Shown here: positions 40,465 to 50,494 of the stretch, in pieces
Position numbering within the stretch: the stretch's first letter is position 1
How the letters are laid out: each line of letters starts with the position of its first letter
DNA from: an uncultured Pseudomonadota bacterium
GTDB lineage: Bacteria; Oederibacteriota; Muellerivitia; Muellerivitales; Muellerivitaceae
DNA length: 64,000 nt
Direction: 5' to 3'
NCBI GenBank assembly: GCA_963836235.1
Contig: CAWIIP010000002.1
Coordinates: forward strand, 1,888,001-1,952,000
Notes under the pieces: generated by a model
The model's input: the letters and a program-made list of their open reading frames with translations, nothing else
Databases searched by the model: none
What the model was told of the DNA's origin: nothing
Translations under genes and position numbers: made by a program

Positions 40465-43400
40465 GTGGCCCGACCGCTTTTTTTAGACGCCCTCAAGAAA
40501 AAAGTCCTCATCTTCGACGGGGCCATGGGTACCAACCTCCAAACCTACAACCTGACCAAAGAGGATTTCGGCGGCAAGGAAGGGCTCAACGACTACCTGG
40601 TCATCACCAAGCCCCAGGTGGTGCGGGAAATTCATGAGGGTTTCTTGAAGGTGGGCGTGGACTGCCTGGAAACCAATACCTTCGGGTCCAACCGCCTGAA
40701 ACTGGAAGAATACGGCATCGGCGACCAGATCGTGCAGGTGAACACCGCCGCCGTCAAGCTGGCCCGCGAACTGGCGGACAAGTATTCCACCCCCGAACAG
40801 CCCCGCTTCGTCGTCGGCTCCATGGGCCCCACGGGCATGCTGCCCGCTTCGGAAGACCCGGACCTGGGCAAGATTACCGTGGACCAGTTGGAAGCCATCT
40901 ATTACGAACAGGCCTGCATCATGATCGACGCGGGCGTGGACGCGCTTCTTGTCGAGACCAGCCAGGATATTTTGGAAATGCGCGCGGCGGTCTTCGGCTG
41001 CCACCGGGCCCGCACGGAGAAAAATTCTCCGGTCGGCCTCATGGCCCAAACCACGTTGGATACCACAGGCCGCATGCTCCTGGGCACCGATATCGGCTCG
41101 GTGCTTTCCACCTTCTCACGCCTGCCCATCGACGTCATCGGCATGAACTGCTCCACGGGTCCGAAAGAAATGAAAGACCCGGTGCGGTACCTGTCCCAGT
41201 ATTCGGAAATTCCCATCTCCACCATCCCCAACGCGGGGCTCCCGGAAAACCGGGGCGGACAGGCGGTTTATCCCTTAAAGCCTGAGGCGCTGGCGGCGGC
41301 GCTGAAAGAATTCGTCGAGGAGTTCGGCGTCAACGTGATCGGCGGCTGTTGCGGCACCACCCACGAGCATTTGCGCCAGGTGGTGGAAGCCATCGGCCAC
41401 CGGGCGCCCAAGAAGCGCGACGTGACCCATCTTTGCAATGTCTCCTCCATGATCAAGTCGGTGGCGATGGACCAGGAACCCAAACCCCTCATCGTGGGCG
41501 AGCGGGTGAATTCACAAGGGTCGAGGAAGATCAAACAGATGCTTTTGGCCGACGATTACGAGGGCATGGTGGCGGTGGGTCGGGGCCAAGCCGAGGGCGG
41601 GGCCCATGTGCTGGATGTTTGCGTGGCCTTGACGGAGCGGGCGGACGAAAAGGACCAGATGAAAGCGGTCGTTAAGAAGCTGGCGCTGGGAGTGGACACG
41701 CCGGTCATGATCGACTCGACCGAGGCGGATGTCATTGAGGCGGCGCTGAAAATCTATCCGGGCCGGGCGATGGTCAATTCCATCAACCTGGAAGGGGACG
41801 GTTCCCGGGTGAAGCGGGTCTGTCCCTTGATTAAGAAATACGGCGCCTCGGTCGTGGCCATGACCATCGACGACCTTTATTACGATAAGTCCAAGCCCGT
41901 TGAGAAGGGCATGGCGAAAACCGCCGCCCGCAAGTTGGAAGTGGCCAAGAAAATCACCGATATCTGCGTGAACGAATATGGCATTCCCGCTGAAGACATT
42001 GTTTTTGACGCGCTCACCTTTACCCTGGCCACGGGCGAGGAAGAATTCAGGAATTCCGCGGTCGAGACGATGGAAGGCATCAAGGCCATTAAGAAGGAAA
42101 TCCCCGGCGTGCGAACCGTTTTGGGACTGTCGAACGTTTCTTTCGGCCTCTCCAAGCCGGCTCGCGAAGTCCTCAACTCGGTCTTCCTCTACCATTGCGT
42201 CAAGGCGGGGTTGGATATGGCTATCCTGAACCCGGCGGACATAAAGCCCTATTCCGCCATCGCGGAAGACGAGCGCAAACTAGCGGACGACCTGGTTTTC
42301 AACCGGGAAACCCAGGCCCTGGCCAGCTTCATCCAGCATTTCGAGGGCAAGGGCCCGGTGGAACAGCAAACCAAGGCCGATCCCACCGAGGGCATGACCC
42401 AGGCCCAAAAGGTCCACTGGAAAATCGTCAACCGTAAGCCCGACAAGATCGAGGAAAATATCGCGGAAGTGCTGAAGGAAAAAACGGCGGTCCAAACCCT
42501 GAATACCGTCCTTCTTCCCGCCATGAAGGAAGTAGGGGACAAGTTCGGCTCGGGAGAATTGATCCTACCCTTCGTGCTCCAGTCCGCCGAGGTTATGAAG
42601 CGTGCTGTGGCTTACGTGGAGCAGTTTTTGGACAAGAACACCGCCACTACCAAGGGCACGGTCGTTCTCGCCACGGTTTACGGCGACGTGCACGACATCG
42701 GCAAAAACCTGGTGCGCACCATCCTTTCCAACAACGGCTACACCGTGCATGACCTGGGCAAGCAGGTGCCCATTTCCACCATTATCGCCAAGGCGCAGGA
42801 AGTGAAGGCCGACGCCATAGGGCTTTCAGCCCTTTTGGTCGTCACTTCCAAGCAAATGCCCATCTGCGTGCAGGAACTAGAAAAGCTGGGGCTCAACTAT
42901 CCCGTGGTCGTGGGCGGGGCCGCCATCAACCGCCGCTATGGCTACCGCATCAGCTTCGTGGACGAGAAGCTTTACGAGCCGGGCGTCTATTACGCCAAGG
43001 ACGCCTTCGAGGGGTTGGACATCTTGAACGCCCTGTCGGATTTGGGCTCGAGGGAAACTTTCCGCAACCGGGTGAAGGAAGAGGCGTTGAATTCCAAGGC
43101 CGCCGGGTTCGCCGACGCGAAAGTGGAAGAGGGCGAAGCCACGCCGGACAAGTATCCGCCCACGGTGAAACCGGCGATGTCGATTCCGAAGAGCCCTTTC
43201 GCTGGGACTTCCATTATTAAGAAGGTTCCCTTGAGGGAAATCTGGCCTTTCTTGGACCTGACCCAGCTTTACAAACTCAATTGGGGCGTGAAGGGCAAGG
43301 ACGGGGATGAGTATAAGTACCTGATTCAGACACAATTCGAGCCCATGCGTCTCAAGATGCAGGATGAGATTTTGGCCAAGAACTGGTTCGAGCCCAAGCT

Positions 43401-43938
43401 GGTGTACGGTTTCTGGTTGGCCAACTCGGATGGCAACGACCTGATGATTTACGACGGCAACGATCCCAAGAAAGAACTGGAACGCTTCAAGTTTCCCCGC
43501 CAAAGGGTGGGGCGGCACCTGTGCCTTTCCGATTACTTCAAGCCGGTGTCCTCGGGCGAGAAGGATGTGGTGGCTTTCCAGGTCGTTACGATTGGCGACA
43601 AGGCCACGGAAATCATTGAGCAGTTGAACAAGGACGGGAAATACAGCGATTCCTACTATTTACATGGGCTGGCGGTGCAGACCGCCGAGGCTATGGCGGA
43701 ATGGATTCACCGACGAATCCGCAAGGAATGGGACCTGCCTATCGGGCAAGGGAAGCGTTATTCGCCCGGCTATCCCGCCTGCCCCGAGCAATCGGACCAG
43801 GAAAAGTATTTCCGGCTCCTCGACGCCACGAAGGCTATCGGCATCACCCTTACCGAAGCCCACATGATGGTGCCGGAACAATCGACCTCCGCCATCGTCA
43901 TCCACCACCCCGAATGCGAGTATTTCGCGGTGAGGTGA
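40465..43938 (+). CDS. metH: B12-dependent methionine synthase
   Basis: DGAMGT, GMNC, GGCCGT, VGER.N, DVHDIGKNLV cobalamin motif, RYSPGYPACP, PEQST. Confidence 0.97.
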   Translation: MARPLFLDALKKKVLIFDGAMGTNLQTYNLTKEDFGGKEGLNDYLVITKPQVVREIHEGFLKVGVDCLETNTFGSNRLKLEEYGIGDQIVQVNTAAVKLARELADKYSTPEQPRFVVGSMGPTGMLPASEDPDLGKITVDQLEAIYYEQACIMIDAGVDALLVETSQDILEMRAAVFGCHRARTEKNSPVGLMAQTTLDTTGRMLLGTDIGSVLSTFSRLPIDVIGMNCSTGPKEMKDPVRYLSQYSEIPISTIPNAGLPENRGGQAVYPLKPEALAAALKEFVEEFGVNVIGGCCGTTHEHLRQVVEAIGHRAPKKRDVTHLCNVSSMIKSVAMDQEPKPLIVGERVNSQGSRKIKQMLLADDYEGMVAVGRGQAEGGAHVLDVCVALTERADEKDQMKAVVKKLALGVDTPVMIDSTEADVIEAALKIYPGRAMVNSINLEGDGSRVKRVCPLIKKYGASVVAMTIDDLYYDKSKPVEKGMAKTAARKLEVAKKITDICVNEYGIPAEDIVFDALTFTLATGEEEFRNSAVETMEGIKAIKKEIPGVRTVLGLSNVSFGLSKPAREVLNSVFLYHCVKAGLDMAILNPADIKPYSAIAEDERKLADDLVFNRETQALASFIQHFEGKGPVEQQTKADPTEGMTQAQKVHWKIVNRKPDKIEENIAEVLKEKTAVQTLNTVLLPAMKEVGDKFGSGELILPFVLQSAEVMKRAVAYVEQFLDKNTATTKGTVVLATVYGDVHDIGKNLVRTILSNNGYTVHDLGKQVPISTIIAKAQEVKADAIGLSALLVVTSKQMPICVQELEKLGLNYPVVVGGAAINRRYGYRISFVDEKLYEPGVYYAKDAFEGLDILNALSDLGSRETFRNRVKEEALNSKAAGFADAKVEEGEATPDKYPPTVKPAMSIPKSPFAGTSIIKKVPLREIWPFLDLTQLYKLNWGVKGKDGDEYKYLIQTQFEPMRLKMQDEILAKNWFEPKLVYGFWLANSDGNDLMIYDGNDPKKELERFKFPRQRVGRHLCLSDYFKPVSSGEKDVVAFQVVTIGDKATEIIEQLNKDGKYSDSYYLHGLAVQTAEAMAEWIHRRIRKEWDLPIGQGKRYSPGYPACPEQSDQEKYFRLLDATKAIGITLTEAHMMVPEQSTSAIVIHHPECEYFAVR

Positions 43939-44151
43939 TTTGAAGCGGGCGGTCATTTTTTTGTCGATGTTTTCCTATCTCAGTGAACCTTCACCCGGAA
44001 AGCCTGGATCATGTTCAGTTAAACGAGCATTTATATTTTTTCCGTTAATTGAAAAAGTTCGGGGCTGAAAGTATTTTATTCCCCGCCTCCGGCTTCCGGG
44101 TTGGGCCGGGCTTCGGGGGAGAGAGATGGAATATCCACAAAGGAAAATGAA

Positions 44152-44739
44152 ATGAAAAAAATATTGTTCGGATGCGGAGTTCTGGCCTTGGCGCTTTTAG
44201 CGGTCGATACGGTTTTCGTGGGCTGCGGCAGCAATTCCACTTCGGGGCCCGTCACGGTAACCCAGGCGGCTTCCACCTGCACCGGAACTTATGGCTTCGC
44301 CTATTCGGGTCCTTCCAATTCCGCGAATTTAAATAAAATCCTCTCCGGCGGCGTCAGCATCAACTCCTCCGGGCCCGTAACCGCCTTCAACATGGGCCTT
44401 TATGTCCTCGACACCAGCACGCAAGGCCCCATCCGGGGTGCCATCTACGCCGGTACCAATGCCGGACCCACCACCCTCATCGCCCAGTCCGCCCCGCAAA
44501 CCGACGTGATCGGGGCCTGGAATGAAATTGCCCTTCCCACCGCGGTTTTAAGCCCGGGCTACTATTGGCTTGCCATCATGGCTCAAAATACCTCCTACGT
44601 CGGGGCGGACATTAGTAATACGAGCGGTTATATCTTCGTAACCAATTCCACCGTGGCTTTTGGATCTTTTCCGTCCACCATGCCCGCGGGTACAACGAGT
44701 AATTTCACCAATTGTTTCTACGTCAATACCTGTCCTTGA
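44152..44739 (+). CDS. Hypothetical beta-rich lipoprotein
   Basis: Lipobox FVGC; W.EI.L....L.PG.YWLA; lies between metH and its duplicated 3' end. Confidence 0.7.
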   Translation: MKKILFGCGVLALALLAVDTVFVGCGSNSTSGPVTVTQAASTCTGTYGFAYSGPSNSANLNKILSGGVSINSSGPVTAFNMGLYVLDTSTQGPIRGAIYAGTNAGPTTLIAQSAPQTDVIGAWNEIALPTAVLSPGYYWLAIMAQNTSYVGADISNTSGYIFVTNSTVAFGSFPSTMPAGTTSNFTNCFYVNTCP

Positions 44740-44782
44740 CGGGGTTCCCCATTCGTCACGGGTTTGTGGATAGGCTTTCGCG

Positions 44783-44866
44783 GAAGACCACATGATGGTG
44801 CCGGAACAGTCCACCGGCGCCATCGTCCTCCGCCACCCCGAACGCGGGTATTTCACGGTTCGATAG
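44783..44866 (+). repeat. Diverged copy of the metH 3' end (84 bp)
   Basis: Encodes EDHMMVPEQSTGAIVLRHPERGYFTVR* vs MetH EAHMMVPEQSTSAIVIHHPECEYFAVR* (43855-43938), ungapped. Confidence 0.93.
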
Positions 44867-44910
44867 GCCCTATTTGACAGTTATATCGTTAGTCGATATA
44901 ATTCCTCCTG

Positions 44911-45201
44911 ATGATTCATTCCATCGCGGATAAATTGACGCAGGATGTCTTTGATGGTGTGAACTCGAAGGCGGCCCGGCGTTTTCCCCCGGAACTACAC
45001 CGAAAGGCGAGGCATAAGCTGGATTTGCTGAACGCCGCGGGTAACTTGAACGATTTGCGGGTTCCGCCCGGAAACCAGTTGGAAGCATTGAAGGGCGATT
45101 TGAAGGGTTATTTCAGTATTCGAATCAATGATCAGTGGCGCGTTATTTTCAAGTGGATCGAAAACAATGCCGAAGAAGTGCGAATCGCAGATTATCACTG
45201 A
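44911..45201 (+). CDS. higB: HigB (RelE-superfamily) toxin
   Basis: DLRVPPGNQLEALKGD..GYFSIRINDQWRVIF...IADYH. Confidence 0.93.
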   Translation: MIHSIADKLTQDVFDGVNSKAARRFPPELHRKARHKLDLLNAAGNLNDLRVPPGNQLEALKGDLKGYFSIRINDQWRVIFKWIENNAEEVRIADYH

Positions 45202-45212
45202 GGAGGTGGGAA

Positions 45213-45506
45213 GTGTTACCTAAAAATAGGCCTGCGACACATCCAGGCGAAATCTTAAGCGAGGAATTTCTGGTTCCCATGGGTGTTTCCCAAAACGCCC
45301 TTGCCTCTCATTTGGGCTGGTCCCATGCCAAGGTGAACGAAATTATCCATGGCCGTCGTGGCATCACTCCCGAAGCCGCCTTGTCCTTAGCCGATGTATT
45401 GGGGACCACGCCGGACCTGTGGTTGAATATGCAACAGAATTTTGACCTTTGGAAAGCCCAGCGCATTCACCACAAGAAGAAACCTCTATTGGCGAAAGCA
45501 GGTTAA
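45213..45506 (+). CDS. higA: HigA antitoxin (XRE HTH)
   Basis: THPGEILSEEFL, VNEIIHGRRGITPE.AL.L, WLNMQ. Confidence 0.93.
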   Translation: MLPKNRPATHPGEILSEEFLVPMGVSQNALASHLGWSHAKVNEIIHGRRGITPEAALSLADVLGTTPDLWLNMQQNFDLWKAQRIHHKKKPLLAKAG

Positions 45507-45538
45507 AGAGTCATCGTCGGCAACTCTAAGGTATTCAC

Positions 45539-46351
45539 ATGAAGAAAATCATTTCTTGGGCGCTCTTCTTTTTATCAGGCTCCGCCGGGTTCGCCGCCAC
45601 CGACCAGGCGACGATTGATCTTTTAAACCAGCTCGACGGGCATTATTACTGTTTGACGCGCGAAGGGCTCGCTGATTTTCAATGTGAAGTGAAATGTTCC
45701 CTCCTCGATAAGTACAAAGTCGCCTGTTTGAAGAACTATTCCCCCGACGACAAGCGAACCCAAGCCATCGTTCGAGCGAAACTGATACTGACCTATTCCA
45801 CCGATGGAAAGCTGTCCTTGGACGTCTCCAATTTCGACCCCAACGGCGAGGGGGCTTTCGATGAAAACATCGATAAAATCATGGCCATCGCGAAGGATTC
45901 TTTTAACGAGAGTATTTACCCCTGGCGTTCCAGCGTTTTGGACCCGCCTTTCGGCGGGGACGATTTCGAGAAATTCGACCTGCAAGTGAAGAAAAATGAC
46001 GCGGGTTTTCAGGTCGTTTCCACGGGGGCCCAGCCGGTGACCGAGTATGTGGATAAACAATGGAGGATAACCGAGATTCAGGCGGGCAGTCTCACGGCCA
46101 TTCAGGATTGCAAGTTCCAATATGCCGATACTCCCCAGGGGATGATCTTATCCCAGGTCGATGCCCGCTTGCCCCAAAAGGCCAGCGAGGAAATTGTTCA
46201 GATGGAGTATCAAACGATGGACGGCCTCATGATGCCCACGAAAATGACGGTGCGGGTGGAGAGAACGGAAAAGGTGGACGATACTCCTTTTGAGGTGGTT
46301 TTTGAGTTTAGGAATTATCAAATTGATAAAAGCACGGAAGGAAAGAAGTAA
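45539..46351 (+). CDS. Hypothetical secreted protein
   Basis: Signal peptide; beta-strand-rich C-terminal half. Confidence 0.7.
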   Translation: MKKIISWALFFLSGSAGFAATDQATIDLLNQLDGHYYCLTREGLADFQCEVKCSLLDKYKVACLKNYSPDDKRTQAIVRAKLILTYSTDGKLSLDVSNFDPNGEGAFDENIDKIMAIAKDSFNESIYPWRSSVLDPPFGGDDFEKFDLQVKKNDAGFQVVSTGAQPVTEYVDKQWRITEIQAGSLTAIQDCKFQYADTPQGMILSQVDARLPQKASEEIVQMEYQTMDGLMMPTKMTVRVERTEKVDDTPFEVVFEFRNYQIDKSTEGKK

Positions 46352-46390
46352 TAAACTTTTAAAGATGGCATAGAATTACTTATCAATATT

Positions 46391-46708
46391 ATGATTCGAG
46401 GAGGTTTCACCTTGGCAGAATATGATTCTAAAATAATTCATAAATTTGCGGATAGGCTTTACAGTCAGGCTCAAACGGTCTTATTTACCTACCCACTAAT
46501 TGGTGGCTTATTAGTAGCAGGAATAATTTATGGTTTTGAACTTTACTCCCGCACAACAACCAATCATCACTTGTTTGGTTTTATAGTTGGGGCTCTCATT
46601 GGTTATTTGATTGCCACCGAGAAAGCATTTAAGCTCAAACTAGAAGCTCAAACCGCCTTGTGCCAGGCAAAAATCGAGGAAAATACGAGGAAGCAAGGAG
46701 GCATCTAA
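46391..46708 (+). CDS. Small two-TM membrane protein
   Basis: Two hydrophobic helices followed by KLEAQTALCQAKIEENT; TAATG overlap with the DUF262 gene; start may be TTG 46412. Confidence 0.7.
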   Translation: MIRGGFTLAEYDSKIIHKFADRLYSQAQTVLFTYPLIGGLLVAGIIYGFELYSRTTTNHHLFGFIVGALIGYLIATEKAFKLKLEAQTALCQAKIEENTRKQGGI

Positions 46709-47787
46709 TGAAAAATGATAAAGACGAGGATCTTATTGTTGATGAAGTCGCCGAGGAAACGGAAGCGCCCGTAGTCTATGACATTGCCACCTATCCTTCA
46801 GATTTAACTTTAAGTGTTCTTTATGAAATGTGGAAAAATGGTGATATAAAAATACCCGAATACCAAAGAAATTATGTTTGGAATATTAAACAAGCATCTT
46901 TGTTAATTGAGTCTTTTCTTTTAGGACTTCCAATCCCGCAAGTTTTTTTTCATGTCGATGAAAACAATAAAAATTTAGTAATAGATGGCCAACAAAGATT
47001 ACTAAGCATAATTTATTATTTTAATGGTTATTTTGGTGACGAAGATATTCGCGGTAAAAAACAAACATTTCGTCTTCAAGGGTTAGATGAAAAAAATCCT
47101 TTTTATAACAAAGGATATAACGATTTAGACGAAAGTTTAAAACGGCGATTCAAGAGCTGCATTCTAAGAGTTATAAATATCAGGCAACTACATCCAAAAG
47201 ACGAAAGTACTTCCGTCTATCATATTTTTGAACGACTTAATACTGGAGGCACGCCTCTAAAACCACAGGAAATTCGTAACTGCGTTTTTCTTGGAGGTTT
47301 AGTGAAAATTTTAGGAAGCTTAAATAAAGATCCTAATTGGCGAAAAATTCTAGGAAAGAAAAATTTAGATAAGCACCAGAAGGACGTTGAACTTGTTTTG
47401 AGAGTTTTTGCTCTTAGCGGAAATTGGGAAAAATATCAAAAGCCAATGAAGGAATACCTGAATAATGCGATGAGGAAAGAGCGCGGCGGTGATTCTCAAA
47501 GAGTTCAAAAATTCAAAAACAATTTCAAAAAAATCTCAAAATATATTTATCAGAATTTGGGCGAAAAACCATTTCGTATTCGTGGCCCACTAAATACGGC
47601 CATATTAGACTCGACGTTTTGTGTTCTCATGGAAAATAGTGAAAAATTGCCAAAAGATTTAGATAAAAGGTTTAAAAAACTGTTTAAAAACAAAGAATAT
47701 ATTGATTCCACTTTAAGCGCCACCACGGACGTCTTGGTTTTGAAAAAGAGATTCGAAAAGGCCAAAGAAATTTTAATTAGAAAATAG
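46708..47787 (+). CDS. DUF262 (ParB/Srx-like NTPase, GmrS-like) protein
   Basis: PEYQRNYVW, LIES.LLGLPIP, VIDGQQRL, IFERLNTGG..L..QEIRN. Confidence 0.92.
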   Translation: MKNDKDEDLIVDEVAEETEAPVVYDIATYPSDLTLSVLYEMWKNGDIKIPEYQRNYVWNIKQASLLIESFLLGLPIPQVFFHVDENNKNLVIDGQQRLLSIIYYFNGYFGDEDIRGKKQTFRLQGLDEKNPFYNKGYNDLDESLKRRFKSCILRVINIRQLHPKDESTSVYHIFERLNTGGTPLKPQEIRNCVFLGGLVKILGSLNKDPNWRKILGKKNLDKHQKDVELVLRVFALSGNWEKYQKPMKEYLNNAMRKERGGDSQRVQKFKNNFKKISKYIYQNLGEKPFRIRGPLNTAILDSTFCVLMENSEKLPKDLDKRFKKLFKNKEYIDSTLSATTDVLVLKKRFEKAKEILIRK

Positions 47788-48051
47788 ATATGTATAAAAA
47801 AAACTTTAAAAATGCCGAAAATCTTTTTATCGAACTAGATAAAGTAGTTGCTCAAAATCAAAATCATTATTTCAAATCTAGATTAACAGGATTCATCGCT
47901 GTTAGTGCCGTAACAGTTTATGAATTGGCAATCAAAGAAATATTTATTAATTTTGCTACAAAAAAACACAAAATATTGGGAAATTTTACGAGTGAATTTT
48001 TTGAAAAAATAAATGGAAGAATTAAAAAGGACAATTTAAGAAAAGACTATA

Positions 48052-49103
48052 GCTGAATTCAACCAGTAAGTGCAACACCTAGACGAAAGACCTGCTCCGG
48101 CGTTTTGAAGCGAAGGCACTTGCGTGGACGGCTGTTGAGAGCCCGCTCCACACGTCGCACGTTCGCTGGAGTTATGGTAGCAAAATCGGTTTTCTTTGGA
48201 TAGAAGCGCCGCACCAAACCATTAGTGTTTTCGACGGTTCCCTTTTCCCAACTGTGGAAAGGAAGACAGAAAAAGGAACGGGTTCCTAAGAGATTGTTAA
48301 CTTGAAGATGCTCGATGTTTTCAGAGCCGTTGTCGTAAGTAATGGTCCGGTGTAACCCCTTCGGAAAGAGGGTGAGCCGTCGATTGATAGCTGCTCGTGT
48401 TTTCGAAGCGGACTTTTGAGGCAACCAGGCGAGTTTCACGAGGCGGCTTTTTCGTTCGACCATCACCAAAAGGGAGGCTTTACTTTTTCTGGAGATGATG
48501 GTGTCCGCTTCCCAGTGACCAAATTGACGCCGCGTCTGCACGATGGCGGGTCGTTGAGTGATCGGAGTTCGTTCTGGAATATGGCTTTTTCGATGTTTGT
48601 GCGAATGCCATCGGCGAAGCCGCTTTCGATGGGAACGAGCCAAGAGAGGGATGAGGTTTCGGGCTTCGGAATAAATGAACTGGTAGACGGCCTCGTGGGA
48701 AATGAATAGTTTGGAGTTCTCAAGGCGAAGCTGACCAGCAATTTGTTCGGGAGAAAACCCCTGATGAAGCTTACGCAAAACATGTTGTCGGATCCCTGGT
48801 TTTTTGAGACGCAGATGGGTCCGAGAGAGTTGGTTACGCTGGGTAGATCGCAGGTGAGCCCGAGCTGGTAGATAACGGCCAGGACGTAAAGGTGGTGCGT
48901 TACGCTTCAACTCTCGGGAAACACTGGACACATCACGTTCGAGGCGTCGGGCGATTTCTCGTATGGAGAGGCCTTCTGCCTTCCAAACTGCGATTTCTTC
49001 ACGTTCGGCAAACGACAGGTGCTTGTAGGATTGTTTCATAAAACTTAGGATAACCCCCGGATTCTGCCGGGGCTAAGTGTTGCACTTCGCTATTGAACTG
49101 GGG
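48052..49103 (-). mobile_element. IS30-family element, type A, copy 2 (1052 bp), ATA target duplication
   Basis: Same IRs as copy 1; ATA at 48049-48051 and 49104-49106. Confidence 0.95.
48059..49039 (-). CDS. IS30-family transposase
   Basis: Two residues differ from 11516-12496 (L>F and R>H). Confidence 0.95.
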   Translation of the reverse strand: MKQSYKHLSFAEREEIAVWKAEGLSIREIARRLERDVSSVSRELKRNAPPLRPGRYLPARAHLRSTQRNQLSRTHLRLKKPGIRQHVLRKLHQGFSPEQIAGQLRLENSKLFISHEAVYQFIYSEARNLIPLLARSHRKRLRRWHSHKHRKSHIPERTPITQRPAIVQTRRQFGHWEADTIISRKSKASLLVMVERKSRLVKLAWLPQKSASKTRAAINRRLTLFPKGLHRTITYDNGSENIEHLQVNNLLGTRSFFCLPFHSWEKGTVENTNGLVRRFYPKKTDFATITPANVRRVERALNSRPRKCLRFKTPEQVFRLGVALTG

Positions 49104-49436
49104 ATATAAAAAAATATGGAGAAAAATATTTAAGGAAATTCGATAAAGTTGTTAAAGAAAAAGGCGACAGAATATTTAAAAAACATCACGAAGACATTCT
49201 CAGCTGTTATGAAAATGTCATTACCTGGCGCCATGATTTTATTCACGAAGGTAAAACACCGACAACTGCTACTTATGAAGAGGTGAAAAAGTCTTATTTT
49301 TATGGAAAATTTGTAATTCATTCTTTGGCCAAAGCTATGAAGAAATAAATTAAAATTATTTAGCTAGTCATTAAATTTTCGATCGACATTTCATTTATCA
49401 AAGGCTTATTTCTTTCTTTTCTCCCGAATTAAACCC

Positions 49437-50491
49437 GCCGAATTCACGGAGTAAGTGCAACACTTCGCCGGAAGACTTCCGCCGGAGTTTGAAAGCCCAA
49501 ACATTTTTTGGGCCTGTTATTAAGCCATCTTTCAATGGCTTTGAGCTCTTTGAGAGACACTTTAGCAAGGTCGGTCTTTTTAGGCAAATGGCGGCGGACA
49601 AGACCGATAGTATTTTCCACTGTGCCTTTTTCCCAACTGTGGAAAGGAACGCAGAAAAAGGATTTTGTACCAAGCACATGGTTGGTTTCCAGGTGGTTGG
49701 TGTTTTCGGTTCCGTTGTCGTAGGTCAGGCTCAAACGAGCCTCTTGAGGAAAGCGGCATAAAGAGCGGTTGAGGCTGTGACTCATGTGGGAAGCGGTTTT
49801 TCGTTTCAGCTTTCCCAATTTGGAAAAACGGCTTTGACGCTCGACAAGTGCCCGGAGAGCAACTTTACTTTGACGAGAAACCATCGTGTCCGTTTCCCAG
49901 TGGCCGAACTGCTTGCGTTGGTTGACGACCTTGGGCCTTTTGTCGATGGAAACTCGGCCTGGGATATGGTTTTTGGCGTGCCTGTGGCTGTGACCGAAGG
50001 TGAGCCGCCGCCGGTGGTGACGGACGAGGCAAGGAATCAGATCAGTGGCCTCAGCGTAAATCCACTGGTAGATGGCTTCGGGGCCAATGGTTTGCTTAGG
50101 CCGCAGGTGGCCTAAACGGCCTGAAATGAGTTCGGGAGACCAGCCTCGTTTCAATTGGCGACGGACGTAGGCACGAATTCGTTTTGTTTTCAGGCGTAAA
50201 CGACAAGCCCGTTGTTGGTTGCGGGTCACATACCGTTGATGGGCCCGATGGGACAGATAGTAACCCGAACGGATGGGGGGAGCGTTGCGCTTGAGTTCCC
50301 TGGAGAGGGTGGAAGGAGACCTCTTCAAGGCACGGGAAATGGCCCGAAGGCTGAGGCCCTTTCCCTTCAAGACGGATAAATGATCTCTTTCCTCAACACT
50401 TAAATGCTTGTAGTTCTTTTTCATGGCCGCATATCCTATTGATGCGGCCTTCTTCAGGCACTAAGTGTTGCACTTACTTATGGAACTCGGG
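49437..50491 (-). mobile_element. IS30-family element, type B (1055 bp), CCC target duplication
   Basis: IRs GCCGAATTCACGGAGTAAGTGCAACAC / GTGTTGCACTTACTTATGGAACTCGGG; CCC at 49434-49436 and 50492-50494. Confidence 0.93.
49444..50424 (-). CDS. IS30-family transposase (distinct from type A)
   Basis: GHWETDT, TYDNGTE, SWEKGTVENTIGLVR, LNNRPKKCL. Confidence 0.95.
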   Translation of the reverse strand: MKKNYKHLSVEERDHLSVLKGKGLSLRAISRALKRSPSTLSRELKRNAPPIRSGYYLSHRAHQRYVTRNQQRACRLRLKTKRIRAYVRRQLKRGWSPELISGRLGHLRPKQTIGPEAIYQWIYAEATDLIPCLVRHHRRRLTFGHSHRHAKNHIPGRVSIDKRPKVVNQRKQFGHWETDTMVSRQSKVALRALVERQSRFSKLGKLKRKTASHMSHSLNRSLCRFPQEARLSLTYDNGTENTNHLETNHVLGTKSFFCVPFHSWEKGTVENTIGLVRRHLPKKTDLAKVSLKELKAIERWLNNRPKKCLGFQTPAEVFRRSVALTP

Positions 50492-50494
50492 CCC

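Larger units (their letters stand above)
47790..49348 (+). pseudogene. HEPN-domain protein (RiboL-PSP/MAE_28990-like) interrupted by IS30
   Basis: Removing IS 48052-49103 and one ATA copy restores the frame ...LRKDY-IKKYGEKY...WRHDFIHEG...AMKK*, which carries the RxxxxH motif. Confidence 0.88.

Noticed and set aside
45507-45538. Second metH 3' remnant after higA
   Set aside because: Only short matches (CATCGTC, GTATT); not distinguishable from chance
11509-49103. Composite transposon bounded by the two IS30 type A copies
   Set aside because: Encloses essential core genes, and copy 2 has its own target duplication, showing independent insertion
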